A program made the position numbers and the translations under genes. Positions 1 to 7,843 of a DNA stretch of 17,979 bases are shown in pieces. The notes below the pieces were generated by a model. It ran no database searches. It worked only from the letters and a program-made list of their open reading frames with translations, and was not told where the DNA came from. Each line of letters opens with the position of its first letter. Position 1 is the stretch's first letter. Source of the DNA: Candidatus Nanohaloarchaea archaeon (GTDB taxonomy: Archaea; Nanohalarchaeota; Nanosalinia; Nanosalinales; Nanosalinaceae); contig JBKHHG010000016.1 of the NCBI GenBank assembly GCA_046539225.1, positions 1 to 17,979 on the forward strand, written 5' to 3'.

Positions 1-763
1 TGAAAAGAACTTTTGGAATCTCTTCCAGCAAATCAGTCGCCAGTAAACCGTTACCATATTTTTCAGCAGCTTTTTCACCCGCTTTTCCGCTTACCTTGGC
101 AGCTTTTACTGCGGCTTCTTCCTTGTCCATTCCCTGTGCAATCAGACCTGCGAGAACTCCTGTCAAAACGTCTCCTGTTCCTCCGACCGTCATGCCGGGG
201 TGGCCGGCCTCCACTTCTTCAACGCCTTCTTCCAAGTATATTTTATCGGTCGGGCCTTTCCTCAGGACCACGTTACCATTCTTCAAAAACGTGTCTAGCT
301 CGTCCTCTACCTCCTGGAACTCGCCTCTGTGCGGCGTCAAAACCGCATCTTCAACATCAGAAGGCCTTAAATTTCTGAGAGCGTCCGCATCAACCACCAT
401 TGGAGAATCAGCCCTCTGTAAAAATTCTTTGACAGCCTCAGCTTCTGCATCACCGATTCCAGGCCCAATAACGACTGCATCAGCCCATTCATCAAGCTTC
501 AAGGCCTGTTCGACAGCCTCTCCATCAAAATAGTCTGATCCAAAGCTTTCCACAATCAAGTTCTCCGAGAAACCCGCGACTACACCCCTCACCGAATCAG
601 AGGTTAGAACCCGAGCCAGATCACAGCCCGTCCTTAATGCAGCCTGGGCAGAAAGTGCGGGCGCACCAGTAAAATCAATGCTGCCGCCGATAACCGCTAC
701 CCTGCCGTTTTCTCCCTTGTGTGATTCTTTTTTTCTTTCAAGTTCCAAGGAATTTTTCTTCAT
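1..763 (-). CDS. nnrD: ADP-dependent NAD(P)H-hydrate dehydratase (YjeF C-terminal family), stand-alone, 3' end runs off the window
   Basis: Not in the ORF track; translated by hand from ATG at 763 with no stop to base 1: MKKNSLELERKKESHKGENGRVAVIGGSIDFTGAPALSAQAALRTGCDL...VIGPGIG...VVDADAL...LTPHRGEF...GHPGMTVGGTGDVLTG. These are the characteristic NnrD motifs. Confidence 0.93.
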   Translation of the reverse strand, partial: MKKNSLELERKKESHKGENGRVAVIGGSIDFTGAPALSAQAALRTGCDLARVLTSDSVRGVVAGFSENLIVESFGSDYFDGEAVEQALKLDEWADAVVIGPGIGDAEAEAVKEFLQRADSPMVVDADALRNLRPSDVEDAVLTPHRGEFQEVEDELDTFLKNGNVVLRKGPTDKIYLEEGVEEVEAGHPGMTVGGTGDVLTGVLAGLIAQGMDKEEAAVKAAKVSGKAGEKAAEKYGNGLLATDLLEEIPKVLF

Positions 764-781
764 AAATTCATCTTGGGTTTT

Positions 782-793
782 CTTTTTATTCAA
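782..793. promoter_or_regulatory. Probable TATA-like element in the 57-bp divergent nnrD/gap intergenic region
   Basis: TTTTTATT at 783-790 lies 31-38 nt upstream of the gap ATG (821). The minus strand reads TTGAATAAAAAG about 20-30 nt upstream of the nnrD ATG (763). Confidence 0.4.
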
Positions 794-801
794 GCTTACG
801 A

Positions 802-820
802 AATATCTACGCGTGATATT
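802..820. promoter_or_regulatory. Inverted repeat AATATC-N7-GATATT immediately before the gap start, candidate operator
   Basis: AATATC (802-807) and GATATT (815-820) are exact reverse complements; the spacer contains the palindrome ACGCGT (809-814). Confidence 0.4.
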
Positions 821-1843
821 ATGGTAAAAGTTGCTGTAAACGGGATGGGAACGATTGGTAAAAGGGTGGCGGAAGCCGTCAAAAAGCAGGAGGACATGGA
901 GTTGTTTGGTGTAGCCGACGTAGAACCGCACGGCGAGCTGAAAACTGTTCTCAGTGAGGAAGGAGCGCTTCACGGAACTTCCCTATACGGTTCGAACAGT
1001 GAGGGCGTGGAAAACCTCAAAGAGGACGGCATGATTGTAGAGGATAACCTGGAGAACGTTATAAATGAGATTGATGTTGTGGTGGATGCGACGCCGTCTG
1101 GCGTGGATGAAGTGAACAAGGAGAACCTTTACGAGCCGAACGATGTGAAGGCGATCTTCCAGGGCGGTGCAGGAGATATCGCGCCTGTCAGCTTCAACGC
1201 GAACGCCAACTACAAGGATGCGAGGGGAGCCGACTATGTGAAGGTGGTTTCGTGTAACACAACTTCTCTTTCGAGAACTCTGAAATCGATCGACTCGAGC
1301 TTCGGCATCGAACAGGCCACGGCCAACCTTGTCAGGAGAGGAGGGGACATACCGCAGGATGGGAGAGGACCCATAAATTCAACGGTACCTGTAACAAAAG
1401 TTCCCTCCCACCACGGACCTGACGTCCAGGCGGTGATGCCGGAACTGGATATCAAGACCCTCGCGGTGAAGGTACCCGTGACCTACGGACACGTTCACAT
1501 GGTAACTGTCGACCTGGAGAGGGATGTGACGACGGAAGAAGCACTGGAGGCTTTCCGGGGTTCGCCCCGTGTAAAGCTACTGGAGGCGGGTGACGGCTAC
1601 GATTCAACCGGCAAGGTCCACGAAAAGATGAGAGACCTGGAAAGGCCCAGAAGCGACATGCCGGAGGCAGGAGTATGGAAGGAAACAGTTACCGCTGACG
1701 GCGACAGGCTTCACTGGATCCACATGGTCCACCAGGAATCCATCGTCATTCCTGATAATGTCGACGCGATCCGTTCCATGTTCGGAATGACCGGGAAAGA
1801 AGAGAGCATCGAGAAGACAAACGAGGCGATGGGGATCGAATAA
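821..1843 (+). CDS. gap: Archaeal (class II) phosphorylating glyceraldehyde-3-phosphate dehydrogenase
   Basis: Begins MVKVAVNGMGTIGKRVA (Rossmann fold). Also has VVVDATP, IFQGGA, catalytic VVSCNTT, PSHHGPD, HQESIVIPDNVDAIR. The ATG at 821 is preferred over the track's TTG at 773. Confidence 0.95.
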   Translation: MVKVAVNGMGTIGKRVAEAVKKQEDMELFGVADVEPHGELKTVLSEEGALHGTSLYGSNSEGVENLKEDGMIVEDNLENVINEIDVVVDATPSGVDEVNKENLYEPNDVKAIFQGGAGDIAPVSFNANANYKDARGADYVKVVSCNTTSLSRTLKSIDSSFGIEQATANLVRRGGDIPQDGRGPINSTVPVTKVPSHHGPDVQAVMPELDIKTLAVKVPVTYGHVHMVTVDLERDVTTEEALEAFRGSPRVKLLEAGDGYDSTGKVHEKMRDLERPRSDMPEAGVWKETVTADGDRLHWIHMVHQESIVIPDNVDAIRSMFGMTGKEESIEKTNEAMGIE

Positions 1844-1852
1844 GTCTTTCCC

Positions 1853-2344
1853 CTACTTGTCCATCCAGGGATAATCATATATCACGTATTTCTTTCTTTT
1901 CTTATCGAATCCTACATTGTGTACTCCCACATCTACCCTCTTAGGGTCTATGCCTATTTCAAGAGCATCTCTTTTTACTCGACTGAAGAAATCATTGACC
2001 TCCTTTCCAACAGAAACATCAGTGTCCACGAGACGAGATACCAAGAACTCGCCGTCTTTAGTACAGTAAAACGCTGGGTTCAGGTCTCGTCCCAGTTCAG
2101 AATCTCTCAGCTCCATAAAAGTTTTATATTCTCTCATATTCCTTACCGCGCCTTCTTCATCTTTCGCAACTTTCAAGACCCTACCTTTTAACCGGATTTT
2201 AGCTTTTTCTCCCGATTCAGACATTATTAGCTTCCTCGCCTCCGAACCATCTACTATCCTGTAAACCCTCCTGTGAGAAGCATCTCCTATATTCTCAAGA
2301 TCAGGTTTACCTTTAATGCCAAAAATTCGGCTGAAGATACCCAT
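1853..2344 (-). CDS. Small protein-kinase-like (PKL fold) protein
   Basis: Ordered kinase motifs: Gly-loop-like IGDASHRRVY, beta3 Lys VLKVAK, alphaC Glu NMREY, catalytic loop DVGVHN (DxxxxN), DFG-like VIYDY. T-rich TATA-like element about 22-30 nt upstream. Confidence 0.6.
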   Translation of the reverse strand: MGIFSRIFGIKGKPDLENIGDASHRRVYRIVDGSEARKLIMSESGEKAKIRLKGRVLKVAKDEEGAVRNMREYKTFMELRDSELGRDLNPAFYCTKDGEFLVSRLVDTDVSVGKEVNDFFSRVKRDALEIGIDPKRVDVGVHNVGFDKKRKKYVIYDYPWMDK

Positions 2345-2446
2345 AACAAAGTTTTCTTAAGCCTAACTAAAAAATCCTCGTAAAACCAGCAGATACCTGC
2401 GAAGACAGGTGGGAAAGTTAAACTCTTTTTTACCAATAGTTTATCT

Positions 2447-3475
2447 ATGAACAAGAAAATCCTTCTTGTCGGCTGGGGTTATCCTCCGAAGATCGATGGA
2501 GGCCTTGACATCGCCGTGAAAGAGCTTTTTGAAGGCCTTGAATCCAGGAATGTGGATGTTGATCTGATGTTGCCGGCGGAGAGAGCCCCGGATAGAGAAA
2601 ATGTTGTGCCGGTTAAAGTAGAGGGAGACATGTTTTCCAAGGCGGAGCAGTTGAGCAGGGCGGCGGCGGAAAAGGCCTCAGAATACGATTTGATTCATAC
2701 GAACGACTGGTTTGGGGTTGAGGCGGGTTTCAAGGCCTCGAAGTATCAGGATGTTAAGTGGGTGTCAAGTTTTCACTCGTTGAGCTCTACGAGGAACAGG
2801 TCGCCCGAACCCCGGCTTGAAAAGCTGGAGAGGGTCGGAGCTGAAAAAGCGGACCATGTCACTGCTGTAAGCCAGAGGCTCGCGAATCAGGTAGAGAAGA
2901 GATACGGTAGAATACCCAGAGTAATTTACAACGGTTTTTCGAGGCCTGAGTCCAGCGATAAATCGTTAGAGTTTGAGTCGCCGAGTTTTTTCTTTGTAGG
3001 CCGGCATTCCAGCCAGAAAGGAATCGAACACTTGATCTACGGCTTCAAAAAGTTCAGGGAAAAAAACTCTGAAGGCAAGCTGGTTATCGGCGGCACAGGC
3101 CACATGAAAAAGTCTTTTGAAGATTTTGTAGAGATCCTTGGAATTGGAGAACACGTATTATTCGAGGGTTTTATCCCTGAAGAAGATCTGGAGGCCTATT
3201 ACAGGGCTGCGGATGTTTTTGTGTCTCCTTCTGTGGAGGAGCCTTTCGGCCTGACGATTTCAGAGGCCTTGAACTCCGGTACAAAGGTTGTATGCACGGA
3301 TAGTGGGATTAATGAGCTTTTGCAGCCTGAGGCCTTGACTCTTGTAGAGCCTGACTCGGATTCGATCGTGGAAGGGCTTGAAGAAGCTCTTGAGAAGGAT
3401 TTGCCGGAGTTTGAGAAGCGTTCGTGGAATAAGATGGTTGAAGAGTATATTCAGCTTTACAGAGGCCTATCTTAG
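2447..3475 (+). CDS. Glycosyltransferase family 4 (GT-B)
   Basis: GWGYPPKIDGGL, LIHTNDW, FHSL, FVGRHSSQKG, FVSPSVEEPFGLTISEA (E-x7-E motif). Confidence 0.92.
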   Translation: MNKKILLVGWGYPPKIDGGLDIAVKELFEGLESRNVDVDLMLPAERAPDRENVVPVKVEGDMFSKAEQLSRAAAEKASEYDLIHTNDWFGVEAGFKASKYQDVKWVSSFHSLSSTRNRSPEPRLEKLERVGAEKADHVTAVSQRLANQVEKRYGRIPRVIYNGFSRPESSDKSLEFESPSFFFVGRHSSQKGIEHLIYGFKKFREKNSEGKLVIGGTGHMKKSFEDFVEILGIGEHVLFEGFIPEEDLEAYYRAADVFVSPSVEEPFGLTISEALNSGTKVVCTDSGINELLQPEALTLVEPDSDSIVEGLEEALEKDLPEFEKRSWNKMVEEYIQLYRGLS

Positions 3476-3700
3476 GACTTCTACTGTGTCAGGAGTTCCT
3501 CTGTAAAATCCTGAGTAGCCTTCACTGGTTTTTAAGAGGCCTTGGCTGTTTTCGTGGTAGTAAGTGTCTTCTGATGTTTTCTGGTGTAGAGGGAGCAGTA
3601 TTCGCTCTTTTCCATCGTCTTCTATCCGTATGGCTGCTTTTTCCTCTGTTTTGATGCGGATCAGGGTCCCTTCAGGCCTTTTCTCTGTCTCGACTTCCAC
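3467..3700 (-). CDS. Small hypothetical protein (77 aa, GTG start), resembling small proteins in haloarchaeal glucan clusters (DUF7510-like, from memory)
   Basis: 3' part of track ORF 3467..4216. It fills the gap between GT4 and GH57: MEVETEKRPEGTLIRIKTEEKAAIRIEDDGKERILLP...GLLKTSEGYSGFYRGTPDTVEVLR. TTTAAAA lies 24-30 nt upstream of the GTG. Confidence 0.7.
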   Translation of the reverse strand: MEVETEKRPEGTLIRIKTEEKAAIRIEDDGKERILLPLHQKTSEDTYYHENSQGLLKTSEGYSGFYRGTPDTVEVLR

Positions 3701-3721
3701 ACTGTTAGTTTGGTCCCATCC

Positions 3722-3730
3722 AATTTTAAA
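3722..3730. promoter_or_regulatory. Shared bidirectional TATA box for the divergent small ORF and GH57
   Basis: AATTTTAAA, with palindromic core TTTAAA at 3725-3730, is centred about 27 nt from the GTG at 3700 and about 25 nt from the ATG at 3752. Confidence 0.55.
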
Positions 3731-3751
3731 CTGCGGTATCAATGAACTGTT

Positions 3752-4966
3752 ATGACTGATGTGACTCTGAGCTTTGAGGTTCACCAGCCTCACCGGCTCA
3801 GGACTGATGGAGTGAAGGAAGACGCTGAAACGCTTTACGACCGTTATTTTGACGATGAGATGAATGAGCATTTTTTCAAGGACGTGGCGGAGAACTGTTA
3901 CTTCCCCGCGACTGAGAGGCTTCTGCGTGAGGCGAAAAAGCACTCCGGCAACGGCAGGCCTTTCGTGGTCAACTTCTCGATCTCTACTTCCTGGATTGAG
4001 CAGGCGAAGAAGTATCATCCCGAGCTTATTGATATGATTAACCGTTTCCCGGATGATTCTATTGATTTTATCGGCCAGGCCTATCTCCATAGTTTGGCAG
4101 GCCTTTTCGAGGACAAGACGGAGTTCCGGCGTCAGTTGAACCATCACCGGGAGGTAATTGAGGAGACGTTCGGTGTAACTCCGAAGGTCATGACGAACAC
4201 CGAGCTGATCTACCACAACGAGATCGGTAAGATCGCGGCAGAGGAAGGCTATAACGGTATTTTTACGGAGGGTGTTGACAGGATTCTGGGATGGCGTTCG
4301 CCTAACGATGTGTATACTCAGCCGGAGTTCGTGACCGAGGATGGAAACTCTATACTTTTGAGGAACAGGGAGCTGACGGATGACGTAGGCTACCGTTTCT
4401 CAGCGGAGTGGTGGGATGAGTATCCGTTGACTGCGGAGAAGTACTCTCTCTGGCTTTCAGAGGCCTCGGGCCAGAACGTCAACCTTTTCATGGATTACGA
4501 GACCTTTGGAGAGCATCACTGGGAAGGCACCGGCATCCTCTGGTTTCTGGAGTCGCTGCCTGATGAAGTTTTGAAACACGATGACCTGGAGTTTGTTAAA
4601 GTGAGAGAGGCTGCGGACAAAGAACCGGTAGGAGAGTTCGATGCGTTCGAGTACAACACTGTTTCATGGGCGGATCAGGAGATGGACGCCTCTGCATGGC
4701 TCGGAAACCCGATGCAGAAGCTGCTTTTTGAAAAACTTCAGGAACTTGAGGATAAAGTCAAGGCCTTGGACGATGAAGAATACCTCGAGGTCTGGCGAAA
4801 GTTCCTGACCTCTGATCATCTTCACCACATCGCGACGAAGACGATGGATGACGGTTCGGTGCACAACTACTTCTCGTACTTTGACCATCCTCATGAAGGA
4901 TTTGCCTGTATAACCGAGCATCTGATGGACTTTCAGGAACATGTCGAGAAAAAGCTGAAAAGTTGA
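3752..4966 (+). CDS. Glycoside hydrolase family 57, alpha-amylase (AmyA)-like
   Basis: FEVHQP, AENCYFPA, AYLHSLA, NTELIY (nucleophile region), FMDYETFGEHHW (acid/base region), SWAD...AWLGN, LTSDH. Confidence 0.92.
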   Translation: MTDVTLSFEVHQPHRLRTDGVKEDAETLYDRYFDDEMNEHFFKDVAENCYFPATERLLREAKKHSGNGRPFVVNFSISTSWIEQAKKYHPELIDMINRFPDDSIDFIGQAYLHSLAGLFEDKTEFRRQLNHHREVIEETFGVTPKVMTNTELIYHNEIGKIAAEEGYNGIFTEGVDRILGWRSPNDVYTQPEFVTEDGNSILLRNRELTDDVGYRFSAEWWDEYPLTAEKYSLWLSEASGQNVNLFMDYETFGEHHWEGTGILWFLESLPDEVLKHDDLEFVKVREAADKEPVGEFDAFEYNTVSWADQEMDASAWLGNPMQKLLFEKLQELEDKVKALDDEEYLEVWRKFLTSDHLHHIATKTMDDGSVHNYFSYFDHPHEGFACITEHLMDFQEHVEKKLKS

Positions 4967-4997
4967 GAAATTTAATTCTTGACATTTACTGTTAAGT

Positions 4998-5498
4998 ATG
5001 GTCAACGACTGGGTAGACGGTAGAGCCACCAAAATAACTGTAACTTATCAGGAAGAGGAAGAGGCTAGATTTGAAGTCTATGATGATGGGAGGGTTAAAG
5101 CGTATACAGATAAAGGCTTATTCGGCTGGAAGGCTCCAGAAGTATATCACCTGGATTCTACTGACCTGGAGAAGGTTGTAGACCCTATCTTCTCGGAGGC
5201 GGATCAGGCTACAGGAATAGCACACCATAAAACACAGAACAGATACGGGGTTGAAGTAGAGTATCTTTTCAACCCGGAGTGGAGCCCTGATAGTAGAGAA
5301 GTAAAAGCAGTTTGGGACGATATATCCGTTGAAAACTATCCTGAAGTCCTTGAAAGCTTTTCAACCCTGTTAGGAGAGCATCCAGAAGCGGAAACAGGTA
5401 GGGAGATATTCGAGGATGGCTCCAAAGAATTACAGGCCTTTGTAAACACAGTTCTGGAGGAGACAGAAGATCAAAAAGCCTCTACAGCCAAAGCTTAA
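4998..5498 (+). CDS. Hypothetical acidic protein (166 aa)
   Basis: Non-overlapping ORF with a Glu/Asp-rich composition like its neighbours. TTTAATT lies about 22-28 nt upstream. No motif recognised. Confidence 0.7.
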   Translation: MVNDWVDGRATKITVTYQEEEEARFEVYDDGRVKAYTDKGLFGWKAPEVYHLDSTDLEKVVDPIFSEADQATGIAHHKTQNRYGVEVEYLFNPEWSPDSREVKAVWDDISVENYPEVLESFSTLLGEHPEAETGREIFEDGSKELQAFVNTVLEETEDQKASTAKA

Positions 5499-5513
5499 AG
5501 AGGGGAAATCAAT

Positions 5514-6212
5514 ATGGAAAAACAGTTTGTAGAAGTAGAAGATGGAGAGGAAGTCGCCGCTGTGCACCACGAAGCAGATTCAAGTAAATGGATTTTTCTC
5601 TGCCATGGCTTCGGCGGCAGCAAGGACCGCGGCAACAGCAGAAGAGCAGAGTTTTTCAACGAAAAGGGCTGGAACGCTGTAAGACTTGATTTCCGGGGGA
5701 ACGGCGAGTCAGACGGCGACTTCATCGATCAAGGCCTGAGCTCGAGGATAGATGACTTGAAAGCAGTGCATAGCTTCTTTGATCCTGAGAGATCGGTTGT
5801 CTTTGGGACAAGCTTCGGCGCTAAAGTCGTGCTTCATTCAGGCCTTGGAGACGCGATTGCGTTAAAGTCTCCGGTAACTTTCAACAGCGTTATGGATCGT
5901 TTCCGGGAGGCTGTAGAGAACAAGGGCCGGTTCGAGTACATCGATGGAAAGCCTATCGATCAGCGTTTCTTCGCGGATCTTGACCGTTACAGCTTTGAGG
6001 ATTTGCAGATTGAGAGGCCTGTCTTTATCTCCCATGGCTCGATGGATCAGACCGTGCATCCTGAGAACTCTGTGAAGGCCTTGCAGCGGTTTGAAGCGGA
6101 CGTGATCTTGCAGAGGCTTCAGGGCGAGAAACATTCTTATTCTGAAGAGGCCGGAGAAAAGCTCAGGAAGGCGATGCTTGACTGGGCTCAGGTTATATCC
6201 GAGCCGAGGTAG
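5514..6212 (+). CDS. Alpha/beta-hydrolase (serine esterase/peptidase-like)
   Basis: HGFGG oxyanion region, DFRGNGES, nucleophile GTSFG, HGSMDQTV (Asp), GEKHSY (His). GAGGGG SD-like sequence upstream. Confidence 0.9.
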   Translation: MEKQFVEVEDGEEVAAVHHEADSSKWIFLCHGFGGSKDRGNSRRAEFFNEKGWNAVRLDFRGNGESDGDFIDQGLSSRIDDLKAVHSFFDPERSVVFGTSFGAKVVLHSGLGDAIALKSPVTFNSVMDRFREAVENKGRFEYIDGKPIDQRFFADLDRYSFEDLQIERPVFISHGSMDQTVHPENSVKALQRFEADVILQRLQGEKHSYSEEAGEKLRKAMLDWAQVISEPR

Positions 6213-6658
6213 CCGGCCGCCATCGCAACCACAAGAGTGGGAAAGCTGAAGAATGCGACGCTGTTCTCCAGGCCGAGGAACGCGTAGAAGATTCTGTAGG
6301 GACTGTTGAGGCCTGTAGACTGTTCGACTCCCTGTAAAAGCACGATAATAGCTGAGATATTGAGGATGAAGTAGCCTATGAAACATGTGAAGCCTGAGGA
6401 GATGACGGCGATCATCCTGTCTTCCAGGTCGTAACCTGTGTAAAGTGAGAAAGCCGCTGCGATCACGGGAGAGATCAGGAAAGAGGAGATCGACAGCATC
6501 ATAAGCATTGAGGAGAGGCCTCCGCCGAGATTGACATGCCAGTAGCCTATCAGATTGATAAACCAGACCCCGAAATACGAGGATAATCCGAGAAACAGGC
6601 CTGTTAAAAGAAAAGAGAGGCCTCCTGCAGTCATAAGCCTGTAAAACTTTTTTTCCAT
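6188..6658 (-). CDS. Hypothetical integral membrane protein (about 4 TM helices)
   Basis: Four long hydrophobic, Gly/Ser-rich segments. Overlaps the 3' end of the hydrolase convergently by 25 nt. Confidence 0.7.
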   Translation of the reverse strand: MEKKFYRLMTAGGLSFLLTGLFLGLSSYFGVWFINLIGYWHVNLGGGLSSMLMMLSISSFLISPVIAAAFSLYTGYDLEDRMIAVISSGFTCFIGYFILNISAIIVLLQGVEQSTGLNSPYRIFYAFLGLENSVAFFSFPTLVVAMAAGYLGSDIT

Positions 6659-6691
6659 AAATTAAAGTTTGTCTAAGGCCTTTTTTATCTT

Positions 6692-7834
6692 TCACTCAAG
6701 GGCTTGGTTGTATATTCCTGTTGTCCATGCGCTGATCTGCTCCCAGCGGAAGTTGTCTTCAACTCTTTCACGTGCGTTGTCCCCCAGCCAGTCCGCCCAT
6801 TCAGGATCGTTCAACGCCCGGGTAACCTGGTGAGTGATCGAGTTGGAGTCCGCTGGATAGGTGTGAAGGCCTGTGTACTCATGGACGATAGTGTCTTTCA
6901 TCCCTCCTGTATAGCTTCCGACTGTTGCGGTGTTCGAGGCCGCCGCTTCCAGAGGAACAATTCCAAAAGGCTCGTAGACAGAAGGCGCGACCGTCATCTT
7001 TGCCTCTTTCATCAGCGAGAGAAGCTCGCTGTTAGAGACGTATCCGGGGAAGTGAACCTTGTCGCCCACCTGTTTCTTCGCAAGGCCTCTGTAATGCTCC
7101 GTGGCGCCGGAGCCGCACATCACAAACTTGGCTTCAGGCCTCTGATCGAGTATATGCGGCATCGCCTCTATCAGGTGGCCAGGCCCTTTCTGAGGATACA
7201 TTCTGCCGACAAACAGTATAATCTGCTCCCAGTCAAGCGCGTAACTCTCCCTCTGGAGATCTTTACTGTGGTCGTCGAACTTCTCAAGGTTGACGCCGTT
7301 CGGAATATAGTTTATCTTTTCTTCAGGTACTTCGTAGATGTGCTGAACCTCGTCGCAGAAATCCCTTCCAACAGTTATAACCTGCTCGGCCTCATATGTT
7401 CCAAGCCACTCCAGGTTGTGGATAGCCCGTTGATAATCAGAGTCAATACCGTCACGGCCTTTCTGCGTCGAGTGAACCGTGAAAACCATCGGAAGGCCTA
7501 AAGTCTTTTTTATACCCGTAGCGCCGGGCACAGCCATCCAGTCGTGGCCATGCACCAGGCCAAAGTCGTGGGTCTTGCTGAGCTCTATAGCCTTTTTCTC
7601 CATCCTGTCGCCGAGCGCCATAGCCCATGAAACAGTGTTGTCCGCGCCGTTATGCGACGGAACCCTGTGAATCTCCACGCCGTCACGGAACTCTTTCTCC
7701 TCTTTCTCGCCGAAAGTTATGACAACCGGAGAATGCCCCTGGGAAGCCATGGTCGTCGCAAGGTCCTCACAGTGCGCAGCTATACCTCCTGCCTTGTAAG
7801 GCGGGTACTCCCATGTAACGAAAAGAGGCCTCAT
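6692..7834 (-). CDS. Glycosyltransferase family 4 (GT-B), alpha-glucan related
   Basis: TWEYPPYKAGGIA, VHGHDW, TVHSTQKGR, IPNGV, FVGRMYPQKG, PSVYEPFGIVPLEA. AGGTGA SD upstream overlaps the previous gene's stop. Confidence 0.93.
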   Translation of the reverse strand: MRPLFVTWEYPPYKAGGIAAHCEDLATTMASQGHSPVVITFGEKEEKEFRDGVEIHRVPSHNGADNTVSWAMALGDRMEKKAIELSKTHDFGLVHGHDWMAVPGATGIKKTLGLPMVFTVHSTQKGRDGIDSDYQRAIHNLEWLGTYEAEQVITVGRDFCDEVQHIYEVPEEKINYIPNGVNLEKFDDHSKDLQRESYALDWEQIILFVGRMYPQKGPGHLIEAMPHILDQRPEAKFVMCGSGATEHYRGLAKKQVGDKVHFPGYVSNSELLSLMKEAKMTVAPSVYEPFGIVPLEAAASNTATVGSYTGGMKDTIVHEYTGLHTYPADSNSITHQVTRALNDPEWADWLGDNARERVEDNFRWEQISAWTTGIYNQALE

Positions 7835-7843
7835 ACCGTTTTC

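Noticed and set aside
13..533. Plus-strand ORFs 13..378 and 96..533
   Set aside because: They are antisense shadows of nnrD, which has clear family motifs on the minus strand.
773..820. 16-codon N-terminal extension of GAPDH from TTG 773
   Set aside because: It runs through the promoter region, and the family N-terminus begins at MVKVAVNG (ATG 821).
1844..1852. Intrinsic terminators at convergent gene junctions
   Set aside because: No convincing hairpin or long T-tract could be assigned; the junctions are only a few bases long or overlap.
3701..4216. N-terminal part of the 249-aa minus-strand ORF 3467..4216
   Set aside because: It is antisense to GH57 and the shared promoter; only the part from GTG 3700 looks like a real gene.
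5862..6695. 277-aa minus-strand ORF
   Set aside because: It is Arg/Leu-rich with no motifs and overlaps both the hydrolase (antisense) and the membrane protein (other frame).
6704..7501. 265-aa plus-strand ORF and the other short antisense ORFs in the track
   Set aside because: They lie opposite well-supported enzymes and have compositions unlike the acidic proteins of this window.
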